Assembly (NCBI GenBank): GCA_963833975.1
Contig: CAWIAB010000004.1
Span: 434,586 to 498,585 of the forward strand
Direction of reading: 5' to 3'
DNA: 64,000 nucleotides
Source: an uncultured Actinomycetota bacterium
GTDB taxonomy: Bacteria > Actinomycetota > Actinomycetes > Propionibacteriales > Nocardioidaceae
Shown one piece after another: positions 51,655-61,827 of this stretch. The first letter of the stretch is position 1. The number at the start of each line of letters is the position of its first letter. Below the pieces are notes generated by a model. The model was not told the DNA's origin. It made no database searches and saw nothing but the letters and a program-made list of their open reading frames with translations. A program made the position numbers and the translations under genes.

Positions 51655-53292
51655 TCAGCCTCGCTTCTGCTTGACGATCTGCTCCTGCTCGACGTCCTCG
51701 TCGGCCAACGCCTCGTGCTCCTCGTGGCCGGCGCGGAGCGAGCCACCCTCGCCCGTCTCGAACTGGTCGAGGAACGAGTCGTATGCAGCGCGGACCGCCG
51801 CCTCCGTGTCGTCGGAGAACTCCTTGGACTCACGGATCGTGTCGAGGGCGCTGCCGTCGCGCTTCAGGTGGTCGAGGAACTCGCGCTCGAAGCGCAGCAC
51901 GTCCTCGACCGGTACGACGTCGAGCAGGCCGGCGGTGCCCAGGAAGATCGACACTGTCTGCTCCTCGACGGGGTACGGCGATCCCTGCGGCTGACGAAGC
52001 AGCTCCATCAGCCGGCCGCCTCGGTCCAGCTGGCGACGAGACGCCGCATCGAGGTCCGAGGCGAACATGGCGAACGCCTCCATGGCACGGAACTGGGCCA
52101 GGTCGACCTTCAGCGACCCGGTGACTTTCCGCATCGCCTTGACCATTGCCGCGCCACCGACCCGGGAGACCGACTGGCCGACGTCGATGGCCGGTCGCTG
52201 GTTGGCGTTGAACAGGTCGGACTGCAGGAAGATCTGCCCGTCCGTGATCGAGATGACGTTGGTCGGGATGAAGGCCGAGATGTCGTTGGCCTTCGTCTCG
52301 ATGATCGGCAGCCCGGTCATCGACCCGGCGCCCATGTCGTCGGACAGCTTGCCGCAACGCTCGAGCAGCCGGCTGTGCAGGTAGAACACATCTCCGGGGT
52401 AGGCCTCACGGCCCGGCGGACGGCGCAGCAGCAGCGATACCGCGCGGTAGGCCTCGGCCTGCTTGGTGAGGTCGTCGAACACGATCAGCACGTGCTTGCC
52501 GTCGTACATCCAGTGCTGCCCGATGGCCGAGCCGGTGTAGGGGGCGAGGTACTTGAACCCCGCCGCATCGCCCGCGGGAGCCGCCACGATCGTCGTGTAC
52601 TCGAGTGCGCCGGCCTCCTCGAGGTCGCCGCGGACCGCGGCGATGGTCGACGCCTTCTGGCCGATGGCGACGTACACGCAGCGCACCTGCTGCTTCGGGT
52701 CGCCGGTCTCCCAGTTCTGCTTCTGGTTGATGATCGTGTCGGTCGCGATGGTCGTCTTGCCGGTCTGCCGGTCGCCGATGATCAGCTGACGCTGGCCGCG
52801 CCCGATCGGCGTGAGGGAGTCGATCGCCTTCAGACCGGTCTGCATCGGCTCGCGGACGCTCTGCCGCTGCACGACCGAAGGCGCCTGCACCTCGAGCGGT
52901 CGGCGTTCGGTGGTCTCGATCTCGCCGAGTCCGTCGAGGGGCTGGCCAAGCGGGTTGACCACACGTCCGAGGTAGGCGTCACCGACTGGAACGGAGAGGA
53001 CCTCACCGGTACGACGTACGGGCTGTCCCTCCTCGATGCCGGAGAAGTCGCCGAGCACGACGACGCCGATCTCGCGGACGTCGAGGTTCAGCGCGATACC
53101 GAGCGTGCCGTCCTCGAACTCCAGGAGCTCGTTCGCCATGGCCGAGGGAAGTCCCTCGACCCGGGCGATGCCGTCCATCGCCTCCGCGACGTGGCCGACC
53201 TCCTCGCGGGTGGCGTCGTCCGGCTTGTAGTCATTCACGAAGCGCTGCAGCGCCTCCTGGATATCTTCGGGCCGGATCGTCAGCTCGGTCAT
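51655..53292 (-). CDS. atpA: F0F1 ATP synthase subunit alpha
   Basis: Intact 545-aa ORF with Walker A GDRQTGKT. Confidence 0.95.
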   Translation of the reverse strand: MTELTIRPEDIQEALQRFVNDYKPDDATREEVGHVAEAMDGIARVEGLPSAMANELLEFEDGTLGIALNLDVREIGVVVLGDFSGIEEGQPVRRTGEVLSVPVGDAYLGRVVNPLGQPLDGLGEIETTERRPLEVQAPSVVQRQSVREPMQTGLKAIDSLTPIGRGQRQLIIGDRQTGKTTIATDTIINQKQNWETGDPKQQVRCVYVAIGQKASTIAAVRGDLEEAGALEYTTIVAAPAGDAAGFKYLAPYTGSAIGQHWMYDGKHVLIVFDDLTKQAEAYRAVSLLLRRPPGREAYPGDVFYLHSRLLERCGKLSDDMGAGSMTGLPIIETKANDISAFIPTNVISITDGQIFLQSDLFNANQRPAIDVGQSVSRVGGAAMVKAMRKVTGSLKVDLAQFRAMEAFAMFASDLDAASRRQLDRGGRLMELLRQPQGSPYPVEEQTVSIFLGTAGLLDVVPVEDVLRFEREFLDHLKRDGSALDTIRESKEFSDDTEAAVRAAYDSFLDQFETGEGGSLRAGHEEHEALADEDVEQEQIVKQKRG

Positions 53293-53356
53293 GTGTGTTG
53301 CCTCTCTGCGACTGTGGTGCTCTGCGACTGTGCGGAATGCATGGGGAACCTGGGGC

Positions 53357-54166
53357 TCAACGGACCAACCGGCGCTGCGCCTGCGCCAACCTGGTCTCGA
53401 CTGTGGAGTCGATCACGTCGTCGCCGATGGACACCCGGACTCCACCGAGTACCGCCTTCTCGACGACCACGTTGAGGTGCACCTCCTGGGAGTACTGCGA
53501 CGCGAGCGACTCCGCCAGCCGGTTCTTCTGATCGTCGGTGAGCGGTGCAGCGACCCACACCATGGCGACCAGGCGGGACCTGCGGGCGGCGGCGATCTCC
53601 TGGTAGTGGGTCAGGCCCGCAGCCAAGGACCGCTGCCGACCGATCAGCAGCTGGTCGAGCAGGACCTTGGTCACCGGGGCGACCTTGCCTTCGATGAGCC
53701 CGTCCAACAGGGCCCGCTTGGCCTCCATCGGTGCCGCCCGGTCCGACAGGGCGTCGCGCAGGTCCGTGTTGGCCGCCAGGATGCGGCCGAACCGGAACAG
53801 GTCGTCCTCGAGGCTGTCCAGCTGACCGTCCTGCTCGGCCTTGGCGGCCAGCGCGATGACCGCACACCGCTCGAGGGCATCGACCAGGTCGCGGGTGCGG
53901 GACCAGCGCTCCGAGACGGCGGCTCCGACGACGTCGACCGCGCTGCTCGAGATCTTGCCGTCCAGCAGAGAACGCGCCATCGCGTTGCGCTGCGCTGCCT
54001 CGACGGACGGCTCGGTCAGGGCGCGGCGCAGTGTCGGCTCGTGGTCGAGCATGCCCACCACGGCGAAAAGGTCACTGCCGAGCGCGTCTGCGTCGACTCC
54101 GCCGTCGAGGATCCCGTCCAGAGCTTCGAGCAGGGCGGCCTGTGAGCGCGTCGATCCGGCCTGCAT
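53357..54166 (-). CDS. atpH: F0F1 ATP synthase subunit delta
   Basis: Intact 269-aa ORF in the conserved operon position. The C-terminal OSCP-like part is [28 protein letters not shown]. Confidence 0.85.
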   Translation of the reverse strand: MQAGSTRSQAALLEALDGILDGGVDADALGSDLFAVVGMLDHEPTLRRALTEPSVEAAQRNAMARSLLDGKISSSAVDVVGAAVSERWSRTRDLVDALERCAVIALAAKAEQDGQLDSLEDDLFRFGRILAANTDLRDALSDRAAPMEAKRALLDGLIEGKVAPVTKVLLDQLLIGRQRSLAAGLTHYQEIAAARRSRLVAMVWVAAPLTDDQKNRLAESLASQYSQEVHLNVVVEKAVLGGVRVSIGDDVIDSTVETRLAQAQRRLVR

Positions 54167-54711
54167 CAGCCGGCCCCCCGCGAGGTCGCCGAGTCCTGGC
54201 TCTCCAAGGTGGCGATGAAGCGCTCCACGGTGCGGTTACGGCGCGCATCGTCCTCGAGCGACTCTCCGACGATGCGGCCGGCGAGCGTCGTCGCCATCGT
54301 GCCGACTTGCGTACGCAGCTGTTGCAGAACCTGCTGGCGCTCCGCATCGACCTGGAGGTGGGCGTGCTTGAGGATCCGCTGCGACTCCGACTGGGCCTGC
54401 TCGCGCATCTCGGCGATGATCGCGGCACCCTCCTCGCGAGCCTCCTCGCGAATGCGTGCCGCCTCATGGCGGGCCTCGACCAGCTGCTGCCGGTACTCGT
54501 TCTCCGCCGCTTCCGCGTTGGCCTTCGCCGTCTCGGCCTCGTCGAACTCCTTCCGGATCGCCTGTTGCCGCTCCGCAAGACTGCCACTGATCAGGGGCAG
54601 CACGTATTTCCCGAGCAGCGTCAAGATCACGGCGAAGATGATGAGCTCGACGATGAACGTCGCATTGGGTACCAGGAAGTTGTCTGCCGCCACTGGTCGT
54701 CCCATCAGCAT
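54166..54711 (-). CDS. atpF: F0F1 ATP synthase subunit b
   Basis: Intact 181-aa ORF with an N-terminal TM followed by a long charged helix. ATGA overlap with atpH. Confidence 0.85.
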   Translation of the reverse strand: MLMGRPVAADNFLVPNATFIVELIIFAVILTLLGKYVLPLISGSLAERQQAIRKEFDEAETAKANAEAAENEYRQQLVEARHEAARIREEAREEGAAIIAEMREQAQSESQRILKHAHLQVDAERQQVLQQLRTQVGTMATTLAGRIVGESLEDDARRNRTVERFIATLESQDSATSRGAG

Positions 54712-54753
54712 TTGCCTCTCTTCACAGAATCCCGCTCTCCGGTGACCCGTCGC

Positions 54754-55020
54754 CTACTTGCCGAGAACGAAGACGAACAGGGCCATGAACGCGAGGTTGA
54801 TGAAGTACGCCGCCTCGACCAGACCGACGGTCAGGAAGAACAGCGTCTGGAGACGACCCTGCGCCTCCGGCTGCCGCGCGACTCCCTGGATGAGCGAGCT
54901 ACCGGCAAGACCGTCGCCGATGGCCGCGCCGACCGCGCCGCCGCCAAGGGCGAGACCGCCACCCACCAGGGCGCCGGCGGTCTTGATCGCCGAGTTGAGG
55001 TTCTCTGCATCTGTTGCCAT
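54754..55020 (-). CDS. atpE: F0F1 ATP synthase subunit c
   Basis: ATG at 55020. 88 aa with two TM helices, the loop [10 protein letters not shown] and a conserved carboxylate in helix 2 ([10 protein letters not shown]). Confidence 0.9.
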   Translation of the reverse strand: MATDAENLNSAIKTAGALVGGGLALGGGAVGAAIGDGLAGSSLIQGVARQPEAQGRLQTLFFLTVGLVEAAYFINLAFMALFVFVLGK

Positions 55021-55145
55021 AACGTCCGTGGCTCCTTGTCGTCCTGTGCTCGGGTCCCGGACGGGGTGCCGGACCGAGATTGCTTCGTGTTGCCGGTGTG
55101 CTGCGGTGGTGCGGGTGGGTCGTACCAGCGCCTGAGCCAGGAGGC

Positions 55146-55976
55146 TCAGTGCGCTCCACTCAGCGCGGGCTGGGCGGTCTCCGACTCGGTGGAGCCGGCA
55201 GTCTCCTGCTCGGTGGAGCCAGCAGGCTGATGCGGATCGGCGTGGTCGTCGCTCGGGTGGCCCATCATCCCGTAGTAGATGATGGTCAACAGGGCGAAGA
55301 TGAACGCCTGGATCAGGCCGATGAACATATCGAAGAGCTTCCAGATCAAGGTCGGCGCCCAAGCGCCCCAGATCGGGATCAGACCGATGATCGCCAACAT
55401 GATGCCGCCGGCGAAGATGTTGCCGAAAAGACGAAGAGCCAGCGTGAACGGCTTGACGATCTCCTCGATGACGGTGAGCGGGATCAGGATCTTCGGTCCG
55501 TGTGAGTAGTACGAGAAGTAGCCGCGCGCGCCCTTCTGCTTGACGCTGTTCAGGTGCACGCCGACGATGACGATCAGGGCGAGCGCGTAGGTCAGGTTCA
55601 CATCAGCGGTCGGAGCGGCGAGGATCTTGGGGTCGTCGCCGCTCGGGATCACCTCGAGCCAGTTGGACACGAGGATGAACGTGAAGAGGGCCACCGACAG
55701 CTCGACGACGTACCGGTCGACCTTGCCCAGCGAGCTCTCGACCTCGTTGGTCAGGTAGGTGATGATCTGCTCCCAGGCCAGCTGTGCCCTGGTCGGGTGC
55801 TTCGCACTTGCCTTGCGGGCCACCCAGAGCCCGAGACCGACGACGACCGCACCCGCGATGAGGCTGGAGTAGATCGTGTCGACGTTGAACGTGAGCCCGG
55901 CGATCGTCACCGTGATGTGGTGGCCGACCTCGATGTTGGTCTCGGCCACCGGCGTCGTGGACAGCGCGCCGCTCAT
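55146..55976 (-). CDS. atpB: F0F1 ATP synthase subunit a, with a repetitive C-terminal extension
   Basis: ATG at 55976 within ORF 55146..56438. The conserved [13 protein letters not shown] is present. The tail ...[28 protein letters not shown] is encoded by a 24-nt tandem duplication. Confidence 0.9.
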   Translation of the reverse strand: MSGALSTTPVAETNIEVGHHITVTIAGLTFNVDTIYSSLIAGAVVVGLGLWVARKASAKHPTRAQLAWEQIITYLTNEVESSLGKVDRYVVELSVALFTFILVSNWLEVIPSGDDPKILAAPTADVNLTYALALIVIVGVHLNSVKQKGARGYFSYYSHGPKILIPLTVIEEIVKPFTLALRLFGNIFAGGIMLAIIGLIPIWGAWAPTLIWKLFDMFIGLIQAFIFALLTIIYYGMMGHPSDDHADPHQPAGSTEQETAGSTESETAQPALSGAH

Positions 55977-56359
55977 GCTTTCTTCAGCTCGTTGAGTAGC
56001 GGCAGGCCGGTGAAGATCAGCATGACCAGGTGCATGACCGCCAGGCCGAGGAAGACTGCTGCGCCGTACGGCCAGAACAGCAGCACGATCACGAGGGCGA
56101 TCAAGGTGATGAGCCCGAGCCGGCCGAGCGAGCCCATGGCGAACTGCTTGCGGCTGATCTCTCCGCCGCTCTCGAGGGAGCGGGCCAGGCCGAGCTCGGT
56201 GAGCACGTGGTTGAGCAGGCTGAGGAAGATGCCGACCGCAAAGAAGACGCCGACCTCCGCACGCCCGAGCGGAACCGAGATCCACAGTCCCGCCACCGAC
56301 AGCAGGCCGGCGACCAGAAGCGGTCGGCGCTGACGAACAAGCACGGTCGTGAGGGTCAC
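55973..56359 (-). CDS. ATP synthase protein I-like membrane protein
   Basis: Intact 128-aa hydrophobic ORF immediately upstream of atpB (ATGA overlap). Confidence 0.65.
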   Translation of the reverse strand: MTLTTVLVRQRRPLLVAGLLSVAGLWISVPLGRAEVGVFFAVGIFLSLLNHVLTELGLARSLESGGEISRKQFAMGSLGRLGLITLIALVIVLLFWPYGAAVFLGLAVMHLVMLIFTGLPLLNELKKA

Positions 56360-56404
56360 CTGTCTGCCTTCCGTATACGCGGGGACCGCTGACTCGGTGT
56401 CGGG

Positions 56405-56662
56405 TCAGCGGCGTAGGTAGCTTGCGATCCGCACACACGATCCCACGACTGCGACGACAACGCCAACGGAGAGACCGATGAGGATGCCGACCGGGGACGA
56501 GTCCGCGGCGTTGTCGATGAGGCCACCGATGACGAGACCTGCGACGACGCAGCCCACCAGGAAGCCACCGAGACCGACGAGAGTCCAGGCGTTGATCGTC
56601 GGATCGGCGTTGATCGTCGGACCCGGGTCGTCATCGCTCACCACCCGAACGGCTCCCGTCAT
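56405..56662 (-). CDS. AtpZ/AtpI family small membrane protein
   Basis: Intact 85-aa ORF with two TM segments, first gene of the atp cluster. It contains an in-frame 18-nt tandem duplication (DPTINA x2). Confidence 0.6.
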   Translation of the reverse strand: MTGAVRVVSDDDPGPTINADPTINAWTLVGLGGFLVGCVVAGLVIGGLIDNAADSSPVGILIGLSVGVVVAVVGSCVRIASYLRR

Positions 56663-56828
56663 GGCCGAGGTCTGTGTGTGCAGCCCCTGCGTCGAGCTGC
56701 TGCAGGAGGGGCTCCAAGCCTACAAAGGACCTGGCTCGGACCGGTGAGCGGTCCACGGAACTGGTCGTCATGTCGGCGGCCATCCTCGATAGGTCGGTGG
56801 TGGATCTAGGGAGGTAATCTGCTTGTGA

Positions 56829-56859
56829 AATTTAGCACAAGCACCTGAGAGATTGCCAA
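56829..56859 (-). promoter_or_regulatory. candidate atp operon promoter (-35 TTGGCA, extended -10 TGcTAAATT) in an AT-rich island
   Basis: Sense strand: TTGGCA (56859..56854), a 19-nt spacer, then TAAATT (56834..56829). This is the most AT-rich stretch of the window, about 165 nt upstream of atpZ, overlapped by the inverted repeat CTTGTG-N8-CACAAG (56822..56841). Confidence 0.4.
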
Positions 56860-56872
56860 TTCTGACCCCTGG

Positions 56873-58024
56873 CTAGGCCGACGACTCCGACTTGATGATG
56901 CCGGCGTGGCCGGGCAGCCCGAAGGTGAGCAACAGCGCCGAGACGGCCATCAACCCGATGCCCAGCGCGGACCACCACCCCGAGAACAGGCTCACCACCA
57001 CGACCCCGAAGGCGACCAGCCCGGTCCAGAGGTACATCACGAGCACGGCGCGCCGTTGCGAGTGCCCGATCTCGAGCAGCCGGTGGTGGAGATGCTTCTT
57101 GTCCGGCGCCATGGGCGAGCGACCGGCCCGGGTGCGCCGTACGACGGCCAGCAGTAGGTCGAGGAACGGGACCACCAGCACAGCGAACGGCAGAACCAGC
57201 GGCAACACCTCGGGCAGCAGGCTGGCCTTGGCTCCCGCGATCCCCGCGTCGATGTTGTTAGCCGAGAACTGGCCGGTGAGGCTGATCGCCGAGCACGAGA
57301 GCATCAACCCGATCAGCATCGACCCGGAGTCGCCCATGAACATCCGGGCCGGCCAGAAGTTGTGCGGCAGGAAGCCGATGCAGGCGCCCGCGAGCGCCGC
57401 TGTCAGCATGGCCGCGGTGGTGAAGATCGCCTGGCCGTTGACGAAGATCAGCAGGACCGAGAACGAGAAGAAAGCGGCGGCGCCGATGCCGACGACGCCC
57501 GCGGCCAGCCCGTCCAGGCCGTCGACGAAGTTCACGGCGTTGACGGTGGTGACGATGATGATGACGGTGAGAAGGGCCGACTGTGAGCCTCCGAGGGTGA
57601 ACGTGGAGACCGATCCGCCACCCGGCAACGGCAACCAGAGCAGCTGCACACCTTGGATGACCACCACGCCGGCGGCGAGCACCTGGCCGGCCAGCTTCGT
57701 GACGGCGTCCAGCTCGTAGATGTCGTCGATCACCCCCACCAGACAGATCAAGGCGCCCCCGATCAGGATCGCCCAGGCGTCATGGAAGATGTGCCCGCGG
57801 TCCGGCGAGTGGCCGAGGAACGGCAGCTGGGAGGCCACGAAGATGGCCGCCGCGAGACCGGCGAGCATCGCCACCCCGCCGAAGTACGGGATGGGTACCT
57901 CGTGGACGTCGCGGTCGCGGACCTTGGCGAAGGCGCCGAAGCGCATCGCCAGCTCGCGGGCGAGCACCGCGAGCAGATAGGTCACGGCGAAGGCCGTGAT
58001 GAAGACGAGGAGGTACTCGCGCAT
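56873..58024 (-). CDS. GT4 polyprenyl-phosphate N-acetylhexosamine-1-phosphate transferase (WecA/Rfe-like, MraY family)
   Basis: Intact 383-aa polytopic ORF: DDIYELD, NAVNFVDGLDGLA, MGDSGSM motifs. Confidence 0.85.
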   Translation of the reverse strand: MREYLLVFITAFAVTYLLAVLARELAMRFGAFAKVRDRDVHEVPIPYFGGVAMLAGLAAAIFVASQLPFLGHSPDRGHIFHDAWAILIGGALICLVGVIDDIYELDAVTKLAGQVLAAGVVVIQGVQLLWLPLPGGGSVSTFTLGGSQSALLTVIIIVTTVNAVNFVDGLDGLAAGVVGIGAAAFFSFSVLLIFVNGQAIFTTAAMLTAALAGACIGFLPHNFWPARMFMGDSGSMLIGLMLSCSAISLTGQFSANNIDAGIAGAKASLLPEVLPLVLPFAVLVVPFLDLLLAVVRRTRAGRSPMAPDKKHLHHRLLEIGHSQRRAVLVMYLWTGLVAFGVVVVSLFSGWWSALGIGLMAVSALLLTFGLPGHAGIIKSESSA

Positions 58025-58677
58025 CAGTCGGGCTCGGCGACCTCGAGGTTGCTGACCACGGCACGCAGCGCCTCTACGTCGATCACACCCTGTCGCCGGA
58101 CGATGAGGATGTCGGTGGTGGCATCGACGATCGTGGAAGGGATGGCACCCGGGGTCGGACCCGAGTCGAGGTAGACGTCCACTGCCTCACCGAGCATCTC
58201 CTGGGCGTGCGTGACGGTGAGCGGGGCCGGCAGCCCGGTGGTGTTGGCGCTGCTGACCGCGAGGGGACCGGTGTCACCCAACAGTGTGAGGGCGTCCTCG
58301 TGGTCCGGGACGCGCATCGCGACCGTGCCTCGGCTGTCGCCCAGGTCCCACCGCAGGCTGGACTGCTGCCGGAAGATCAGGGTCAGCCCGCCCGGCCAGA
58401 AGGCGTCGGCGAGCTCGCGCGCCTCCACCGTGACTCCCGTGGCGAGCGCAGGGAGCACCTCAGCGCTGGCGATCAGCACCGGGATCGGCATGTTGCGGCC
58501 CCGGCCCTTCGCGCGCAGCAGGCGGCGCACCCCGGTCGGGTCGAAGGCGTCGGCGGCGATGCCGTACACGGTGTCCGTCGCCAGGACCACCAGCCCGCTG
58601 CGGTTGAGTGAGTCCTTCGCGCGGGTCAGGCCATCCGTGCGCTGGGCCGGGTCGAGCAGGGAGAAGAGGTCGCTCAC
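58024..58677 (-). CDS. L-threonylcarbamoyladenylate synthase (YrdC/Sua5 family)
   Basis: GTG at 58677 overlaps the prmC stop (GTGA): [10 protein letters not shown]...GLVVLATDTVYGIAADAF...GGLTLIF...LAVSSANTTG. The longer track ORF (to 58779) overlaps prmC. Confidence 0.8.
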   Translation of the reverse strand: MSDLFSLLDPAQRTDGLTRAKDSLNRSGLVVLATDTVYGIAADAFDPTGVRRLLRAKGRGRNMPIPVLIASAEVLPALATGVTVEARELADAFWPGGLTLIFRQQSSLRWDLGDSRGTVAMRVPDHEDALTLLGDTGPLAVSSANTTGLPAPLTVTHAQEMLGEAVDVYLDSGPTPGAIPSTIVDATTDILIVRRQGVIDVEALRAVVSNLEVAEPD

Positions 58678-59570
58678 AGGTCCATGGTGCCAGCCGGGCG
58701 GGATCGACGGGCCACTCGGCGCGCAGTCACGAACCGGGGCCGGCCGGCCAGGTCGCGATGGTCGCGGACGCTGCGCCAAGCCGGCAGCGCGGAGAAGACC
58801 GTGGGAGCGGACTCGTGCTGGACCTCGGCATGCTCGCAGAGCAGCAGGCCGCCGTCGACCAGGAGTCTGGCGGCGACCTCGGCGACCACCCGAGTCGCAT
58901 CCAGCCCGTCCTGGCCCGACCAGAGCGCCTCTGCTGGGTCGTGGTCGCGTGCCTCGGGTTCGACCGACTCGAAGGCTTCGAGGGGGATGTACGGCGGGTT
59001 GGCGGTGACCACGTGGACGGTGCCCGCGAGGTCGTCCACCGCGTGCGCCATGTCGCCGAGCCGGACGTCGACACCGAAGGGTGCCGCGTTGCGTACGGCG
59101 AAGGCGTAGGCCGGCTCCGCGATCTCCACCGCGGTGACCCGAGTCCGCGGCGCCTCGGTTGCCAGTGCGGCCGCGATGGCGCCAGAGCCGGCGCAGAGGT
59201 CGACGGCGACCGGGTGCTCGACGCCATCAACCACCAACCGGACCAGCTCCTCGACCGCCTGACCGGCAAGGATCTCGGTCTCCGGGCGGGGGACGAAGAC
59301 ACCTGGTCCGACGACGATGTCCAGGTGGCGGAAGCCGGCCAGGCCGGTCAGATGCTGGAGCGGTTCGCGCGCCGCTCTCCTCGACACCAAAGTCGCCGCG
59401 GCCGCCAGGTCCGCCGCGTCCAGGGCGGTCTCGCGGGTGTAGAGCGCAGCTCGCGTCGTACCGAGCACGAAGGCCAGCAGCGCCTCCGCGTCGTGACGCG
59501 GTGACGGCACCCCCGACTCGGCTAGTCGACGCGTCGCGTCGTCGAGGAAGTCCCGGGTGCCGTCCCTCAC
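58674..59570 (-). CDS. prmC: peptide chain release factor N5-glutamine methyltransferase
   Basis: GTG at 59570 overlaps the prfA stop (GTGA): ...[31 protein letters not shown]...[13 protein letters not shown]...VTANPPYIP. The rest of ORF 58674..60500 is a shadow of prfA. Confidence 0.85.
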   Translation of the reverse strand: MRDGTRDFLDDATRRLAESGVPSPRHDAEALLAFVLGTTRAALYTRETALDAADLAAAATLVSRRAAREPLQHLTGLAGFRHLDIVVGPGVFVPRPETEILAGQAVEELVRLVVDGVEHPVAVDLCAGSGAIAAALATEAPRTRVTAVEIAEPAYAFAVRNAAPFGVDVRLGDMAHAVDDLAGTVHVVTANPPYIPLEAFESVEPEARDHDPAEALWSGQDGLDATRVVAEVAARLLVDGGLLLCEHAEVQHESAPTVFSALPAWRSVRDHRDLAGRPRFVTARRVARRSRPAGTMDL

Positions 59571-60655
59571 GAGGGGGACGACTCGACCGCTGCCAGCCGG
59601 TCGGCCAGGTCGGCGTCCACGCAGGCGTCGATGACAGCCTGCAGATCGCCCTCGAGCACGTGGTCGAGGTTGTGCGCCTTGAAGCCCACCCGGTGGTCGG
59701 TGATGCGGTTCTCGGGGAAGTTGTACGTGCGGATGCGCTCGGACCTGTCGACGGTCCGGATCTGTGAGCGGCGGGCCGTGCTCGCCTCCGAGGCCGCCTC
59801 CTCCTCGGCCATGGCCAGCAGCCGCGAGCGCAGGACACGCATGGCCTGCTCGCGGTTCTGCAGCTGGCTCTTCTCGTTCTGGCACGAGACGACGGTGCCG
59901 GTCGGCAGGTGGGTGATCCGGACGGCGGAGTCGGTGGTGTTGACGCTCTGGCCCCCGGGTCCCGACGAACGGAACACGTCGATCCGCAGGTCGTTCTCGT
60001 CGATGGTGACGTCGATCGGCTCGGCCTCCGGCATCACCAGCACCCCTGCGGCGGAGGTGTGGATCCGGCCCTGGGACTCGGTCACCGGCACTCGTTGGAC
60101 CCGGTGGACACCGCCCTCGAACTTCAGCTGCGCGTACGGCGCCTCGCCGGGCGCTGGTGTCCCCTTCGCCTTGACCGCGACGGTCGCGCTCTTGACCCCG
60201 CCCAGGTCGCTCGGCGCCTCGTCCAGCAGCTCGACCTTCCAGCCGCGGTTCTCGGCGTACCGGGTGTACATCCTCAGCAGGTCCCCGGCGAACAGCGCTG
60301 ACTCCTCGCCGCCCTCGCCGGCCTTGATGTCGAGGATGGCGTCCTTCTCGTCGATCGGGTCGCGCGGCACGAGAAGCCGCCGCAGCCGCTCCTCGAGCTC
60401 CTGCCGGTGCAGGTCCAGGCGGCCGGCCTCGGCAGCGAACGACTCGTCGTCGGCGCCGAGCTCGGTCGCGGCCTCGAGGTCCTCGAGGGTGGTCTGCCAC
60501 TCGTGGTAGGTGTTGACCACCGCGGTCAGAGCGGCGTACCGCTGGTTCAGCCGGCGCGAACGTGTCTGGTCCGAGAAGAGGTCAGGGTCGGCCAGCTGGA
60601 CCTCGAGCGAAGCGTGCTCGTCGACCAGTGACTGCACGGCCTCGAACATGAGCAC
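59567..60655 (-). CDS. prfA: peptide chain release factor 1
   Basis: Intact 362-aa ORF with PAT-type recognition region and GGQ motif ([24 protein letters not shown]). Confidence 0.95.
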   Translation of the reverse strand: MLMFEAVQSLVDEHASLEVQLADPDLFSDQTRSRRLNQRYAALTAVVNTYHEWQTTLEDLEAATELGADDESFAAEAGRLDLHRQELEERLRRLLVPRDPIDEKDAILDIKAGEGGEESALFAGDLLRMYTRYAENRGWKVELLDEAPSDLGGVKSATVAVKAKGTPAPGEAPYAQLKFEGGVHRVQRVPVTESQGRIHTSAAGVLVMPEAEPIDVTIDENDLRIDVFRSSGPGGQSVNTTDSAVRITHLPTGTVVSCQNEKSQLQNREQAMRVLRSRLLAMAEEEAASEASTARRSQIRTVDRSERIRTYNFPENRITDHRVGFKAHNLDHVLEGDLQAVIDACVDADLADRLAAVESSPS

Positions 60656-60708
60656 TCACTTCCACTTCACTCGCCAGCTCGAATCTTGCCTGTGGGACAC
60701 ATGACAGC

Positions 60709-60745
60709 GGCGCCGACCCGCTCGCCGGAGCGATGGGTCGGCGCC
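60709..60745 (-). terminator. GC-rich stem-loop between rpmE and prfA (terminator or attenuator-like, no U-tract)
   Basis: GGCGCCGACCC (60709..60719) pairs with GGGTCGGCGCC (60735..60745). An inner stem CGCTC/GAGCG adds to it. It starts 10 nt after the rpmE stop. Confidence 0.4.
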
Positions 60746-60754
60746 GATGCGTCG

Positions 60755-60976
60755 TTACTTTGCAGCAGCAGTCTTCTTGGCGTAGCGGGCTTGGAAGCGC
60801 GCAACGCGACCGCCGGTGTCGAGGATCTTCTGCTTGCCGGTGTAGAACGGGTGGCAGTTCGAGCAGACGTCGGCATGCATCGTGCCGCTGGTCGCCGTAC
60901 TGCGGGTCGTGAACGTGTTTCCACAGGTACAGGTGACCTGCGTCTCCGCGTACGCGGGGTGGATGTCCTTCTTCAT
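60755..60976 (-). CDS. rpmE: 50S ribosomal protein L31 (Zn-ribbon type)
   Basis: ATG at 60976: [27 protein letters not shown]...[17 protein letters not shown]. The upstream part of ORF 60755..61222 reads through the repeats and is not coding. Confidence 0.9.
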   Translation of the reverse strand: MKKDIHPAYAETQVTCTCGNTFTTRSTATSGTMHADVCSNCHPFYTGKQKILDTGGRVARFQARYAKKTAAAK

Positions 60977-61126
60977 GGGTGTTCCTCTCGAGTATCGGCC
61001 GCTGGGTCGCCACCACCGAGTCAGCGGGACGTGAACCAGAACCATCGGAGATTGTGCCACTCCTACCCCCTCCAAGCCCAAATCCCCTGCCAATATTCCC
61101 TCCCGCCGAGTCCCCCTCCACCCCCC

Positions 61127-61334
61127 GTTGAGATGCCACTCCGATCGTGTTGAGATGCCACTCCGGACGTGTTGAAATGCCGATCCAGTTGGCATCTCAA
61201 CCGGACCGGACTGGCATCTCAACCAGACCGGACTGGCATCTCAACCAGACCGGACTGGCATCTCAACCAGACCGGACTGGCATCTCAACCAGACCGGACT
61301 GGCATCTCAACCGGACCGGACTGGCATCTCAACG
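61127..61334. repeat. bipartite array of the 22-bp repeat: about 3 inverted units followed by 7 direct units
   Basis: Inverted units: 61127..61148, 61149..61170 and 61171..61188 (GTTGAGATGCCACTCCG...). Direct units: a partial unit at 61189..61202, then 61203, 61225, 61247, 61269, 61291 and 61313 (each 22 bp). The four at 61225..61312 are identical (AGACCGGACTGGCATCTCAACC). The last unit supplies the gpx stop codon. Confidence 0.9.
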
Positions 61335-61817
61335 AGGGACAGGGAGGAGGGACTCGATGGTGGAGGTGAGGTCGGCGGGCTCGGTGGAGGGACCGCTGCG
61401 TTGGACGACCTGGCCGGCGGGGTCGACGAGGAACTTGGTGAAGTTCCACTCGATGGCCTCACCCGAGTCGGCCGAGGCCTGGCTACGCAGCCAGGAGAAC
61501 AGCGGATGCGCATCCTCGCCATTGACCTCGACCTTGGCGAACATCGGGAACTCGACGCCGTACGTCAGCGAGCAGAACTCCTGGATCTCGGCCTCAGAAC
61601 CCGGCTCCTGGTGACCGAACTGGTCGCACGGGAAGCCCAGCACGACGAGGCCGCGGTCGGCGTACTTCTCGTGGAGCTGCTCGAGCCCCTCGTACTGCGG
61701 AGTCATCCCGCACTTGCTGGCCGTGTTGACCACCAGCATGACCTTGCCCTGGTAGTCCGACAGCGGTTGCTCGGCTCCGTCGATCGTCGTGGCGGTGAAG
61801 TCGTAGGCGGTGGTCAC
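61329..61817 (-). CDS. glutathione peroxidase
   Basis: GTG at 61817 within ORF 61329..62090: VTTAYDFTATTIDGAEQPLSDYQGKVMLVVNTASKCGMTPQYEGLEQLHEKY...GFPCDQFGHQEPG...WNFTKFLVD. Confidence 0.85.
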   Translation of the reverse strand: MTTAYDFTATTIDGAEQPLSDYQGKVMLVVNTASKCGMTPQYEGLEQLHEKYADRGLVVLGFPCDQFGHQEPGSEAEIQEFCSLTYGVEFPMFAKVEVNGEDAHPLFSWLRSQASADSGEAIEWNFTKFLVDPAGQVVQRSGPSTEPADLTSTIESLLPVPR

Positions 61818-61827
61818 CGTCGCCTCG

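Noticed and set aside
61189-61334. Sigma-54 -24 element (TGGCA) within each repeat unit
   Set aside because: There is no properly spaced TTGC -12 element, and Actinomycetota generally lack RpoN.
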